DNA of 63,911 nt, counting the filler, from Phoronis australis (Eukaryota > Animalia > Phoronida), in assembly GCA_002633005.1 (NCBI GenBank). It is 4 parts of 4 records of this genome, joined end to end, with 100 filler letters (N's around TTAATTAATTAA, not from the genome) between each part and the next. Parts side by side here need not be neighbours in the genome. Positions count along the whole stretch, not along the records: positions 1 to 31,357 come from NMRA01001281.1; 3 more parts are not named here. One strand, 5' to 3'. Within the stretch, counting starts at the first letter, position 1. Every line of letters starts with the position of its first letter. Position numbers and translations under genes: made by a program. Shown here piece by piece: positions 11,757 to 25,099 of this stretch. The notes under the pieces are model-generated. The model was given only the letters and a program-made list of their open reading frames with translations, searched no databases and was not told the DNA's origin.

Positions 11757-13213
11757 AGGAGAATGCCACCCGATTTAAATAGTCTTTTTTGCCGTCTTAA
11801 TCAGTCTATATCTACATCGCCTCGCATACGGTCGACCTTACCTTGCCAAGAGGTGTCGCGTTAATCTGTGAAGAAGGTGAGAAACAACGCTAGCGACGTC
11901 AGTGGTTCATATGCCGAGTGAATGCCCCTACGTTGCGGTGCATCGTTCCCGCTTGTCCGAACTAAGCAACTGCGAGGAAAGCGGGTATATCGTTTTTTTA
12001 CTTCCTCGAGAGTCCGAAATGCTTAGGAAGTATTTCATGGTAGTGAAGAATGAAATGTACGCTGTAAATAGTAAGTATGAGGCCGCGAAACATCTCCGTG
12101 TCTGCGGCCTGCACACGTCGATAGTGCCTGACGAATGCTGGCTTACCAAATAACTCCATACGTTCTGTTGTCTGAGCTTTTTCCACGGTGCCTCTGTAGT
12201 ATTTCTTCATCACTGTATTCCTGTTCGAATTGATTGCTTGTAAACTTAACGATCCACCTGTGAAGTCGGGACTGATGAGCTCTAGCTCGTCCTAAGTCGG
12301 GATTGCGAGTTGCCGTGTTGGCGTTTACTGAGCGTTCTGTTTCAAAATGAATTATTCTCACCCTAACCAATACTTATATAAAACTGAAACAAAGTCTATT
12401 TCATTAGATGCAATTTGTAATGCCTTTGGAGTGTTCGTGAGTGCAAACGATTTGAGAAGCCAGCAATGAATATATCACTGCGTTACCGGCTTTAGGTGCA
12501 ATAAAACTAATTGACGGGACACCAAGGCCGTGTGAGCTCATTATAATTTAGTGTTTGCTGGCAGAAACTGTTGTGAAACAACTCGATTTCCATCCCACGG
12601 CCACGTGTTTGGGGAATCTTTATTTACATTTACATTACTCAAATAATGATTGTCAATGTACAACTTCTGCCCTGACGGTGCTGTGGCCAAAGCGGAACCT
12701 GAATTCGCGGCCCCCGACGAGTAAGTAGATTAGCAGTTTCGTGGCTAATGCACCAACATAATCACGTGCACATTACTTTGGCTCACTAGTATTTTCTTGA
12801 CTGGAAGTTTAGTTTCCACTGAACATTGGCTGGTTTATGTTCGTGATGTCTGATCAGTTTCCGAGCCACTGGCCGGGATAACGGCGGAGTCAACTCCGGC
12901 CGGCCGCGACGGGCCTGATCGGGCTCCGACCCACTGGCCAGGATAACAAGCGTTTTGTGTTTAGAACTAAAAAAATCACAAGTCTAAACAACACAGATCT
13001 AGGTTCTCCTGTCTGTATCTCATGGAAAATACTTCGAAATTATCTCCCAACAGACCCCAAACTCCTGCTACGGACCTTATTGGCCTGCCAAACTTTGTAG
13101 GCTACGGTGTGTCCAAAATCCATAAGAGCGAAATAAAACAACACGTTTTTATAAGAACTCGGTGTATTTTCAAGGGTTTTACTTCGAAGTTTGATGATTT
13201 ATTGGTGTTAAAC
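11757..13213 (+). mobile_element. Kolobok-like non-autonomous DNA transposon, copy 1 (right end lost in N gap), with degenerate THAP-like ORF
   Basis: TTAA (11753-11756) followed by AGGAGAATGCCACC. 12288-13213 is highly similar to 57034-57971. The family right end GGTGGCATGCTCCT-TTAA is seen at 58167-58184. Confidence 0.75.
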
Positions 13214-15145
13214 NNNNNNNNNNNNNNNNNNNNNNNNNNNNNNNNNNNNNNNNNNNNNNNNNNNNNNNNNNNNNNNNNNNNNNNNNNNNNNNNNNNNNNN
13301 NNNNNNNNNNNNNNNNNNNNNNNNNNNNNNNNNNNNNNNNNNNNNNNNNNNNNNNNNNNNNNNNNNNNNNNNNNNNNNNNNNNNNNNNNNNNNNNNNNNN
13401 NNNNNNNNNNNNNNNNNNNNNNNNNNNNNNNNNNNNNNNNNNNNNNNNNNNNNNNNNNNNNNNNNNNNNNNNNNNNNNNNNNNNNNNNNNNNNNNNNNNN
13501 NNNNNNNNNNNNNNNNNNNNNNNNNNNNNNNNNNNNNNNNNNNNNNNNNNNNNNNNNNNNNNNNNNNNNNNNNNNNNNNNNNNNNNNNNNNNNNNNNNNN
13601 NNNNNNNNNNNNNNNNNNNNNNNNNNGAGGGAGGGAGTCACCAGTTTCACTCCTCGCCATACCCAGTCGACACCTGTTATACCTCCACCTGCACCCCTTG
13701 AGGCTGGGCCAACAGGAAGCTGGACAGAAAGAACAAACAGCGCTACCATCGAAATAGGTAGGAACTAACTAGGAGTTGGATATGAAGCATGAAGGGCTGT
13801 AGGATGGTATTAGCCCAAATAATAGGATTTATGTCAGAGTGCCATAAATCTCATTAATTGCACATCTAGTATTGCTCTATTATAATTGTTCGTGTTGTTG
13901 TTGTCCTTATTTTTGTGCAACACACCTTTGAATTGTCTCCAGCTGAAATAACACTGATATTGATAATAGGAATTAGCTCGATCAGGTGCATGATTGACGA
14001 CAATAATGATATGATAAAAGCTAGTTGCCCTTTTTATGAAGATCTGCATTCTGATAACTGGCCATACCCAATTTCGCAATTAACCTCGAACACAAAACCA
14101 TTTGCCATGGATAATTTGCCTTTGAAATTTGAGAATTGTGATTCAGTAGCACTCAGTGCGGTCACGGTCATTTTATGCCACAAGCATGACATGCAACTAT
14201 CAGCTGTCGGTTCATCACATGTTGAGAAACCACTATTTCATGGGCGGCGCAGCACTGAAAAAAAGTGGGGGATATAGTCCCCCCTAGCCCCATATGGTGC
14301 GCCGCCCATGTATATGTTTGAGTAAAACACTTGTCGGTTACAGTTTTATTGCGCCAAGTGTTACAAATCAAACACCAAGGTAAGCATTTTAACAGTTATG
14401 CAAATCTTTGTTACGCCTGAGTTTAGAACGCGAGCAAACATCCCCAGCTCGTAAATCATTCTCTAGGGTGGCACCAGCGATCACGCAAAGCAGAGGGGAA
14501 AATTTTTAGAGTTCACTGTGGGAAGAGACCTGGTGGTCGCCGCCATTTTATTATCAAAATAGTTGCTGGGAAAATGTTTGGTGTTTGGAGGAGATTCCCA
14601 ACAACGTGTGTGGGTGTGATAATCAGAGCGATCATTGATGTATATTTATTGTCTAATAAGGGAAAAGCAATATGAGTGAACAAATATACAACCTACCCAG
14701 CTTAAGACATATGCATTTAGAAAGGTTGCAGCCTGCGTATGCGCGCTCACAACCGAGCAAATTATTTTTTGACAGCGGTATTTCAAATAAATGCACGTGG
14801 GCCTAATACGCGCGATTAAGTCTGCGGTGAAGAAATTCTCGAAGATTCACAGTTGAGGCTGTGGAATAAACATGTGTTTGACATGATAACGAAAGTCGCC
14901 AAATGAAAACTGAGGTCGCCGGAAGTCGCCTACTAAAAAGAAAACGTCGTGCCGTTGTCAGCATTATTAAAATAATAACCGCATCTCTTCCATCTATTAC
15001 GTATTCACTCTCTAACTAAATTCCTCTAACCAACGTAGAACGCAGACAATCGGAAACACTGGAGGCGTATGTTTGGTGGTCCGACCTTGCCCAGTTTTTG
15101 CCGAACAATTCTGACTTCCGTCTGTTTACGGCCTTTGTAATTTAA

Positions 15146-15414
15146 AGGAGAATGCCATCCAAAAACAACCTATTTTGTATCAATTTAGATCGAGTAGTTT
15201 TACTCCTTAACGGCACGTTCGGTTGCGTTACCTGACACTTGACGGCAGACGGAGGTGTTGAAATTATCCAGTGACGTAATTGGTTTCACACGCAGTCTGT
15301 TCAGCAGTTCACAACACGGGTTACTGGTGTCAGCTTATCTCTTGAATTCATCGTTTAACACCAATAGCTCATCAAACTTCTACGTAAAACCCTTAAAAAT
15401 ACACCAAGTTCTTA
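15146..15414 (-). mobile_element. Kolobok-like element, copy 2: right-end fragment in reverse orientation
   Basis: TTAA-AGGAGAATGCCATCC...; this stretch is the reverse complement of ~57910-58180 and is truncated where another repeat starts. Confidence 0.75.
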
Positions 15415-15425
15415 CAATAATAAAT

Positions 15426-16157
15426 AATTTTTAAAATGCTACTCCTCCTTCAGTTTTAAAGCTATCTTTTTCAAATTCGGTGCACAGGTATAAGTCAACA
15501 TGACAATTTAAAAAATTACTTTTCTAAGTAATCGGGTCATCCAATCAGGTGAAATAGGTCAAAGATCATTAGGTGCAAACTAAAATTTTGAGCTAGACAC
15601 TTCAAATTGACAGGTCTGATTGCCACAAGTAAATCAAATCGGAATCCAAAGTTTCAGGTCATTTAGTGCAAACATGGGGTCATTAGGTGCATTTTTCTTC
15701 TGAAGATTTGACCTTTTCAATCAGCAAGTATTCTGATGTGTCAACCGTTAGACAACTGTGATTCTCAACGTTAAACACATTTTCCATGGGCTTTGCAATA
15801 TTTCTGCTAAAGATGCTTAAAATGCATCGGATAAGGTCAATTAGTGCAAAGGTCATGTAACGTTCAACATGTTATATCTCTTACGTTTCTCCAGGAATTC
15901 TTTTCAATTTCAGCACACTGGTGTAAGTCAACATGCCAATTGAATACCCTACTTTACTTTGCAATAGGTCTAACTAATCAGAAAAAATAGGTCAAAGGTC
16001 ATTGAGTGCAAACTAAAATTTTGAGCTTGAGACTTCAGAATTACGTATCTTTTTACTAAGTGCGATTGAGTTTGAATTCTAAATTTTCAGGTCATTTGGT
16101 GCACCTATGGGGTAATTACGTGCATTTGTTTCTGAAAGTTTGGCCACTTCATTCATC
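15426..16157 (+). repeat. Internal segment of the Helentron-like repeat also at 30628-31357
   Basis: Nearly identical ~730 bp (AAAATGCTACTCCTCCTTCAG ... CCACTTCATTCAT) with recurrent GGTCAAAGGTCATT..GTGCAAA sub-repeats. Confidence 0.85.
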
Positions 16158-17713
16158 TTGTATTCTGAAGTGCTTAAAGTCCTTGTTGCAAACTGCCCAT
16201 GTGGTTCCAGTATCCGAAAATACTTACTACATAAATTCTTATTTTCGACACCCTTTCTTTATATTCTTTTCGCCTTTCTTGCCAAAAGCGATTTTGTAAC
16301 AGTATTTGACCCTTCTCTCTGAGCGTATGATTACCGGTTGTCATCGGTTATTTCCGTACCCACATTTCCGGCTCATCAGTTCAGGAACTTGTCCTGAACG
16401 CCGCCATTTTTTCCTTGTAACTGAATGTGCTACGGCTTGCTCGAAAAGTCTTCATTATTTTNNNNNNNNNNNNNNNNNNNNNNNNNNNNNNNNNNNNNNN
16501 NNNNNNNNNNNNNNNNNNNNNNNNNNNNNNNNNNNNNNNNNNNNNNNNNNNNTTCGCGGCAAGTTCAAAATGGCGGTGTTTCTTCGGGTGCGAATCGTGA
16601 GTGGCGCGTTCATTTAAACTGTTTTCGAGTACGGATCGTGTATAAGTTATGGGGTAGGTACTTCTTGGATCCTTATAACATCTTCTAACCATGTAATAAG
16701 GGTTAACAACGCGTGAGACAAGGACTTTAAAGTAAAACATCTGTGATTATTAGCATTAACCACACTTTTAATCGAGTTAACAATTACTGCCTCACCGGGG
16801 CTCATAATGCACCGGAAGAGGCCAATTAGTGGAAAGGTCATCAAAAAATTAATGCGTAATTTCTCCTACAATTTTAAAGAATTCCTTTTCATCTTGGTAA
16901 ACGGGTTGCTGTCAGTAACTTCCAATAATAATTTCAGTAATACGCACGCGCAGATTCCATTATTGTCACGCCGTGACAATAATCTTTCTAGTTGATTTTT
17001 GTTCTACATATAGCCAAGGCTACTGCTATATACTGTCTGTTGAAGTTGTGTGTTAATAAATATATAAAATACCATGATTCTTTTCTGTTTCAATGCCATC
17101 AAACTGTACCACGGGACATTTTATTTTCAGCGGTCACACGTCGCTCGTATCACAATGTCTGTTCATCTGTTTATGAAATAAATAACGTTCCCTTCTTGCT
17201 TACAACTCAGATCTTACAATAAAAAGATGTATGGCGGCTATACCCCCTTTCTTCATTGCTCTTCCCTGTAGCCGTTATCTTGTCTCGGCACTATCTGACA
17301 TAATTATGGGACATCTGGACATGGTGATAAACCGAACAGACATTTCGAAAGCCTTTGGCACATTAATAGACCATAGTATCTAACAAAAAGCTTTTATTTT
17401 ACGGAATCGAGCATGTATTCTATTTAAAAAAATTAACCAATCGACAGCAAATGTTTTGTTTTGATGATTTCTCTCCCAAAAATTAATTATCATCAAATGT
17501 GTACCGCCAAGGATCTGTTCCAGATTTCCTCGTGTTTCTCATTTACGTAAACGGTGCACTTCTCTTGAATGTTTTATGTATGTTAATGACTCGTATCTTA
17601 TTTACACATCCTTCGTCCACAAACAACTAAACTAAAAACAATAGTAAGCTATTAGGCATGCTCACACCGTTATCAACATGCAAACTGTCCTCAAATGCCA
17701 CCGAACGAAGCAC

Positions 17714-18386
17714 GTGTAATTAGTTCTACTCCCCTCAGAAATAATAACTCAATAATCGATAGTGCTTTACACTCACTCTAACGAGTGCATGGTTTCGTTC
17801 CTTCGCCGCCTGGTGAGAACGCGTAAAAATACATTCGTATGAACGAGTACATACATGTAGCTTCGTTCTTTCGCCCCCAGGTGAACGCAGGCACGCGTGA
17901 AATAAACTCGTTCGAAATAATATAGTACACGGTAAAATGTGTGCACTTGATTGTTTATTTGTAGTTCATTTGTAATGTGGGACAATGGCCTAAACATACA
18001 CAGATCAATATACAAGTGCAATGCGCTCACTGAAACGAGTGCCCTCGTCGCCGCTGTGACTCTGGAAGCTATGTCTCAGCCAAAGAACAGAAACTAGTGA
18101 GATTTGTGCTCAAGTCCACCTGGCGGCGAAGGAACGAAGCTATGCAGTCGCATCAGTAAACTAAAACATTTCACTCGCATGACGTGTGCATTTCACTCAT
18201 ACTACGAGCAGTGCTGTAGTGGTAAAATTAGAGATAAGTAGGTGCCCAGAGACCATCGCATCACTTTGAGCACTGAACGTAACTTATGGTGGGTAGGCGC
18301 TACGTTCAAATGCCAAAAGGTGGTTGGCTGCGCCTACGTGCGCCTGCGCCCCACTACAGCACTGATTACGAGTGCATTAATTACAC
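17714..18386. mobile_element. Foldback/MITE with inverted arms, interrupted by a hAT-type MITE
   Basis: TTCGTTCCTTCGCCGCCTGGTG (~17793) is inverted to CACCTGGCGGCGAAGGAACGAA (~18117); outer ends GTGTAATTA / TAATTACAC. Confidence 0.55.
18209..18364. mobile_element. 156-bp hAT-type MITE
   Basis: 14-bp perfect TIR CAGTGCTGTAGTGG / CCACTACAGCACTG; 8-bp TSD ACTACGAG / ATTACGAG (7 of 8 match). Confidence 0.8.
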
Positions 18387-19167
18387 AAGGGCTGCAACGA
18401 TTTCGAATTGATAATCGAATCGCGATTGTTTGGCCACGATTACCGATTCGAGGATCATGATGATTCGATTATGTTATTTCTTTGTCATTTCAAACGACAT
18501 CACGGCGTCGACATTCGTGAAGACAGTGAAGTCTGAAGTCAAAATGCAACTTGAGCAGAGGCAAAAAAGCGCAGAAATAACCAGAACTGAAACAAACGGC
18601 AGCCAACTGAGGCTAACAGACACGATATTAAAACTCAAATCAGAGAGAGAGCAGATAATTGCGAATTTGAATAATTTCCAATTCATTTTAGTAGTGGGGC
18701 ACTCCTATAGAAATCATAGTCCACTGTCTAAATGGGTGGATATGGTTATTTTTAAGTTGCACCTCCCCATCACACAATAAGGGGGTACCCTCGGGAAACA
18801 CAGGCAAAAAGAGATTTTGATTAACAATTTACGTGGGTACCATGAAATGTGATAATTTACTTATCTTGATTTACTTTAGTTAAAAACACTTTTCAAAAAT
18901 AAGGATCCGAAAATGTAAATAAAAATAACTGAGGACAGGATGCAGATAAGTCATTTCATTTACAGGCTATTTGCAGCTGACATGGGGCCTTATTCTACAA
19001 TGCAAAGCCCTGAATTCAAAAACATGGTACAGACTCTGGAGCCATACACACTGTCAAGCCGCAGCTTCTTTAGTAAAAGTGTAATGCCAAAGTTTCAAGA
19101 GACTGTTGCTGGCAGAATCATTGGGCGTGTACAAACTTCACAAAACATTGAATCAATAGTTAGTTAA
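18387..19167 (+). mobile_element. hAT (ZBED/Ac-like) transposon relic: left end, BED-finger tail and transposase fragment
   Basis: AGGGCTGCAACGATT end with clustered CGATT/AATCG subterminal motifs; LCHFKRHHG at ~18480; ORF 18940-19167 FAADMGPYSTMQSPEFKNMVQTLEPYTLSSRSFFSKSVMP matches the hAT D..P.S.V...F..L...L.P.Y..PSR motif. Confidence 0.75.
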
Positions 19168-22100
19168 GGCTGGTCTCAATGGAACCAATACCAGGTGGTT
19201 TTGAATTGATGACTCCATCCTCTTTTCATCTTTCATTGAGCTGACCAGGTTTGACTCACCGATTTAACCATGCATGCCTCTCCGTTTAAGTGTACTAGTG
19301 GATAGTAATTCTTGTGTGCGTGGCTAGAAATAGATGTATGTCTTATTTTAGTTTTTCATTAATCGGAGTTTCGTGGTTTCATCCTGCATCGGATGTTAGA
19401 GTTGTGCACAACAAATTTTGCGTGTTCATACTTGGTCTAGGGAGAAATACACAAAATATTATCGCAACAAGCGAACGTGCTGGGATAGGCTAGAGAGCTC
19501 CCGAGCACACTTGCGACATTCTCGTCTTTCGCGAGCTCTTGCTTTTTGGAAAAATTTGGTTTTCGTTTCTTTACGTTTCTTGTGTAAAACTCACTTTTGA
19601 AATCAATAATTTTAGAAAGGATTTGACACAAACACGGAACATCAAATTTGTTATCACATCTTGTCAAAACCCTTCAAATCTGCATATTTATTTTGACCTC
19701 TTAAATAGTGCGAGTACTTTTAATCTGACCCGGCGTTATTGCTTTTTACAGACTTAGCCATACGTTATCTTACATTCAACTTTACATGTACCAAATTACA
19801 TGTATACCAACTGCCATGCTTTTATCATAAAAGAACAGTTTGTAGAACTATTGATTCTGCATTATCCATCTATTTAGTCAAACCTGAATCTCTCCTTAAA
19901 TATGAAGTTCCTTTTTAAGTATATTTCTATTTATAGTTACTGTGCTGAAATAACAATCGATTTCCAAAATAATATCAAGATGACAAAGGTGTGATTTTTA
20001 TCAGTTTTGATATTGCAATGAGCTCACACTTAGTTGTGATTCCTGTCTGAAGCTGATCTGAATTGCGGTTGAGGATGAAAGCAGTCTGATCGTAAAAACA
20101 AAATTGCGGTGCATAAGAAAAGTACAACTGACATTAAAATAATTGGATTCCTAAAAAAGATTGCTGGTGCTTTCTGTGAGCGTTGACGGATTAAAATCGA
20201 AACGATGACGATAAATATTTTTGTCATCTTGTATGGGTTTGTCATTATTTCTTTGTATGTTCTGTATATTCTTCAATAAATATATATCACTTTATAATGA
20301 TACTCATTATCTAGACTTGTCAAGGCTCACATTTCGGCCGAAAAGTGCGTCATTCTATTGGCAAACTGATACAGTACGTGCAAAGGGAGTGAGATCAACA
20401 GTAAATAATGTCTAATATACATTGAGGATTGCGGACAAATGTTGCATGCGCTGCTAAGACAAAACAGGTTGGTTTCTGAAACTCTAAACGAATTTTTTGA
20501 TATTTCTGTGCAATTCCTACTTTTTGCTATGTAGCAGCTTTAAAGTACCTTTCATATGTTCTCACAAGCTCAACCTATATAGCGTTTATACCGCAGAATA
20601 AGCAAAACTGTTTAATCTTACGTGATACACAATTCGTCAAACTCGTTTTACGTAAGTTGGTTTCGCGGTTTAAACATTTCTTAATGAAGCAGCCCCCGTG
20701 CATGCACGAGCCAGCACAAACCGTCAACTAGACGCCAATTTCTTTTATCAAACTATCAATTTGGACATAATTTGAGGAAATAATTAGGAACGAGTGAACG
20801 AAAAAAAAAGAAAAAAAAATAAGCGCGCAATGCATATTGCATCAAAGTGAAAAACAATGCCTAAATGTTTAAAACTGTTGAGTGTTGATAACGCTGGTTA
20901 AAATGTCCGACTTTATAACAATGATCTGGATTTTTTTTCGGGAATTTGTGCACAAAACAATAAGCTCTTCTTACACCAGACTAATACAGAAGCTGACATT
21001 ATTCAGTCACTTCCTGTGACATCATTAAAAGACATACACGTCGCGAACATTGTGCGCTAATGTGACAGGACAGTTTTTTGCCAAACGAGTAAGTATGAGC
21101 CACAAAACTGGATGAACTGAAATTTTGACTTCATCGATTGACCTACGACAAGTAGTGCAGATAGACCGTAGGCCTGTAATACCATATCACTTTATTCAGT
21201 CTGATGAAAATGGAAAATGGGCCTGAATTGCTTAAAAGACAATGTGACCAAAACTGCAAACTGCTTGCTAATCGGCGCCGTGAAAGAGTAACAAAAGGTA
21301 TCTCGCATATTGGTGAGTGATGAAATCCACATCACCGACTGTCCGATATGGAAAGGATATCACATCCTAACAAACAGCTTGAATCTACTTGTAACTAACT
21401 ACAAGCTTTGGTGGCAATATTTAACCTTGTTTTGCTTGTGTTTCCGAAGGTGCGCTAGTCTGAAGGTTTAGTAATATAGTTACTGAACTACAAAACATTG
21501 GAATGCAATTGTTTTGACATTTTACGACACTCACTAATCCGCCCGGAAACCATAGCGAGAATCAAGACAATCTGGTCGCACAAAAATGCCTCTGTTTGAT
21601 ATTTTTGGTCAACGGAAAAATTCACTTTTGTGCACCACTCTTCGTGACTAAAGCGTTTGCAATCTTAATGTTTGACCCTTAATCACGAGAAAGTGCTCAA
21701 ACATTATGGGGGGGGGGNNNNNNNNNNNNNNNNNNNNNNNNNNNNNNNNNNNNNNNNNNNNNNNNNNNNNNNNNNNNNNNNNNNNNNNNNNNNNNNNNNN
21801 NNNNNNNNNNNNNNNNNNNNNNNNNNNNNNNNNNNNNNNNNNNNNNNNNNNNNNNNNNNNNNNNNNNNNNNNNNNNNNNNNNNNNNNNNNNNNNNNNNNN
21901 NNNGGCATTGACAACAATTTAATTGTTACTCTTGATACTGAAGACAATGGAAATGCATTTCAAATCAGTAAATCCAACTATTAATACACTGAAAGTTTGA
22001 AAGAATTTTAGGAATCGTATCAAGAGGAACTTAAATAACTGAGCGTCAATACAGAGTTGCTCAAAATAAAATTTGATCTCGATGATTTTCAAACAATAAA

Positions 22101-22666
22101 TTATTTTTTCGATATCATCTGTGTACAATAATGATGGTTGATACTGTACTGACAATTACTCACTATTTAATCTAGACAACTGTAACATACCATTTAAATG
22201 CTGCTCAGCAGACAGTAATTCTCATGTTGGACCAGATACAAACATAAAAAAATGCTTGTGCGTTTATAAAAAAGATACACGTGTTTCATACGTTTTTATA
22301 ACGTAGGAATGCCTAATCTCCCAAGATACATAACAAACATATAGCTATTACAAATATTTACAAGCTCCCTGTAACAAAAGACACACGAATACAATTACTT
22401 TTAGATTAGTTTACGGATATCAGTAAATCGAGCACCGAAAACAGACAAGTCATTGTTGCCTACGATCTCGAGATTGATCTATTAAAAGTAATTCCAACCG
22501 AAAGTTTCAAGATTTCTTTGACATAAAGTGAAGCTTTCACCTACAACCAAAATCACTTATTGTACCAACTGAGTGACATGTCAGAATCCGTAATTGGTCA
22601 TATTTTTTCTACATTTACATCTGCGGCCAATACCAAAATAGGTTATGGAGATTTCGGATGGAGGAG

Positions 22667-22760
22667 GCAATGTGGCCTGGTGTGATAGGCGCCCGCTTTC
22701 TTTACTCGAGGTCGTGAGTTCGAGTATCGCAGGCCACTCAGATAGACCCTTGAGTCAGAT
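22667..22760 (+). mobile_element. Degenerate tRNA-derived SINE head
   Basis: TGGCCTGGTG A-box-like, GAGGTCGTGAGTTCGAGT B box, then ACCCTTGAG. Confidence 0.5.
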
Positions 22761-23576
22761 TTCTAGCTCCTTTTAACTATATATTAATAAAGCACAAAAA
22801 TAGCTCCAGGTAACCAGTGTAATGGGCCTCCACACGCGGACTGCGCACGTCTGGTACAAGGTGTACCAAAGCGCCTGCAATTATTTTTTGTTGAAACACA
22901 CGGTTCAACAAATTTTTGAGAAAGTGGATCTTTTATTAAGATTCATGGGGGTATATTCCGACATATGAATTTTGCATTCGCCGAATTTTGGTAGCTCTTG
23001 CCTTTTTAGTGGACATTTGTCTCGTTTCTACTTTTTTCGGAGTTTTTGTTTCTCTGACGCGGACCTTTTTGCCCACTTCGCCCCACTAGCTCCCCCTGTG
23101 GGTAAGCGCATAATGCTATGGTTTTTATTTTACTAATCGTTAGCGAATCTACATCGCGAATTGAAGAATAAATTGACTGTATACTTACGAAACACAGTAG
23201 GCCCAAAGTGACATATAGCTGTCACATGATATGCCATGCCTAACAAATATATGCATATTATTTTGATTATCGGGAATTAGAAAACAAGTTTGTGGCTACA
23301 GAAATGTAAACAACTTTTGACATCTGACCCCATCTACCAATTTGAATGTCATTGTGAATATTACCAAGTCAGTTAATAATTTACTCTGTAATTGGTATAT
23401 TAATGATAGAACTACTTGAATTACATTTCAAACCTTATAAATACTTGTTCTGAATGATTTTCATAATATCAACCATTCCACGAAGACCAGGAAACAACAT
23501 GCTTGCTTTGCCGCTGTTGCTGCTTTCGGGTGGGTAAATTCGAAAATTCCTCTTGACGAAAATGTTTTCAAATTAA

Positions 23577-23891
23577 AGGGACATTACTGGTTGAAAACCG
23601 CAATTTTGCGATTATTGTGGAATGTGATAGACTTCTGGATCTTAGTAACTTTGACTGGGGTTTTAAAATAAAAGCCCGCCTTATTGTTGTGAATTTATTA
23701 CTAATTGCTAATTGTCGCTGTTTTCTACTGGACATTCGCTGAAACCAAGACCAATATCGTCACCGTTTAATACGCTGAAAAAAAACTCGGTTGTAAAGCT
23801 TGAACTTTGGCGCAGTGGTAAAGAGGTTCGACTGCTGCTCCGCGCTATTGATAATTTCTGTAAAATTATTCTTCTCTACAAAAATGTCCCT
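23577..23891. mobile_element. 315-bp Kolobok-type MITE
   Basis: TTAA-AGGGACATT ... AATGTCCCT-TTAA (TTAA at 23573-23576 and 23892-23895). Confidence 0.65.
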
Positions 23892-24958
23892 TTAAGTGTC
23901 ATTGTAAAGGTACGATATAAATAAGGTTAGTCTGAAGAAATTTTTGTTAAAAATATTACCCGGTGAACTATTTGTTTTAAAAGTTATAATGCAAAAGAGA
24001 AAACGATCACGCAAAACTGTCTTGTGCAGAAACTAAACGTAATATCTTAAGGGAAATTGAATACATAGAAAATTGCCTATTCAAAAGCGAGCATTCTGTT
24101 TGAATGTATTTTTGAAATGGGTCGGCGTTCTGACATTTCTACACATTTTCATGCAGCTGGTTGTGGTTGTAAGACTTCTGGATGTTTTTTAGGACAATTT
24201 ATATTCGTGATGTTAATGGGAATCAGCCGCTCTAACCGTCTTAAAGCGAGACAGGATACCATAGAAATATCTAAATAACATGACTTCGTGGTCAAAGAAA
24301 AGTTGTGCTTGATTGAGTCAATACGTCAGAGATGAGCAGGCTGCATTTTCTTTGAATTTCCATAGTAGCGGTATGCCGCAGTGATTATTACGTGTACATG
24401 TCCATGTCAGTTGCGAATAATTTGCTCACAAGTTCCTTTTTGCTCGAGGTTGGTGACACGTGACGTACCTCTGCTTTCCCGGATGGTGGTTTTAGATTTG
24501 AATCGAAACGTTAATCACGAACGTGTTGATATCTAAACATAATTAATATATATGATCTTGTGATTCAGGCGCAGTGCTAGTATCTGCCACCTGCGATAAG
24601 AAATACAAGGACGCTAACCCCAACCACTCCGCGTGCCTTCCCAGATCTTCGAATTATGTCGATGGAGGTAGGCTTAACTATTTTCCCACTGTTGATGGAG
24701 ATGGATAGGTTGCACGTGTGCGTGTTGAAATATTTGAATTTCCAAAGAAGTAAATCTGGTATGAATTCAGCTTTAAGCTTTGAAAACCGACCCAGAATAA
24801 TTGTTAAGCAATTATCAATCGTAAGCAAATTTTTTCCTTGAATGCTGACTGAAAGATGACTACATTGATTTTCTTACATATGAAATGCATCATGGAGCCC
24901 AATGAAATAATTTTGAAGGTAATTATTATATTTGCAATATTAACATATCTTCCTAATC

Positions 24959-25099
24959 ATGGCGGATGAGTACAAGATGTATTGTTTACCACTGGCAATA
25001 GGTGTCTCTGCTGCTGACAAGAAGCAGATAGTCGATGAACACAACAACTACAGACGCGACGTTGCCAAGAAATACAAAGCAGCAGATATGCAGATGATG
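24959..25099 (+). CDS. CAP/SCP-domain (CRISP/antigen-5/PR-1 family) gene, first visible exon
   Basis: GVSAADKKQIVDEHNNYRRDVAKKYKAADMQMM (HN..R motif), donor GTGAGT at 25100, phase 0. The start is uncertain: in-frame ATG at 24959 or acceptor TAG before 25002. Confidence 0.85.

Noticed and set aside
12272-12292. CTGATGAG hairpin as a hammerhead core
   Set aside because: No GAAA box follows the stem.
13022-13768. Long ORFs containing X runs (also 16306-16740, 21648-21984, 25548-26072, 52486-53160, 54829-55537)
   Set aside because: Artefacts of translating through N gaps.
13627-13830. Possible LTR-retrotransposon pol tail, polypurine tract and LTR start
   Set aside because: Too short and next to a gap; no diagnostic motif or matching LTR end.
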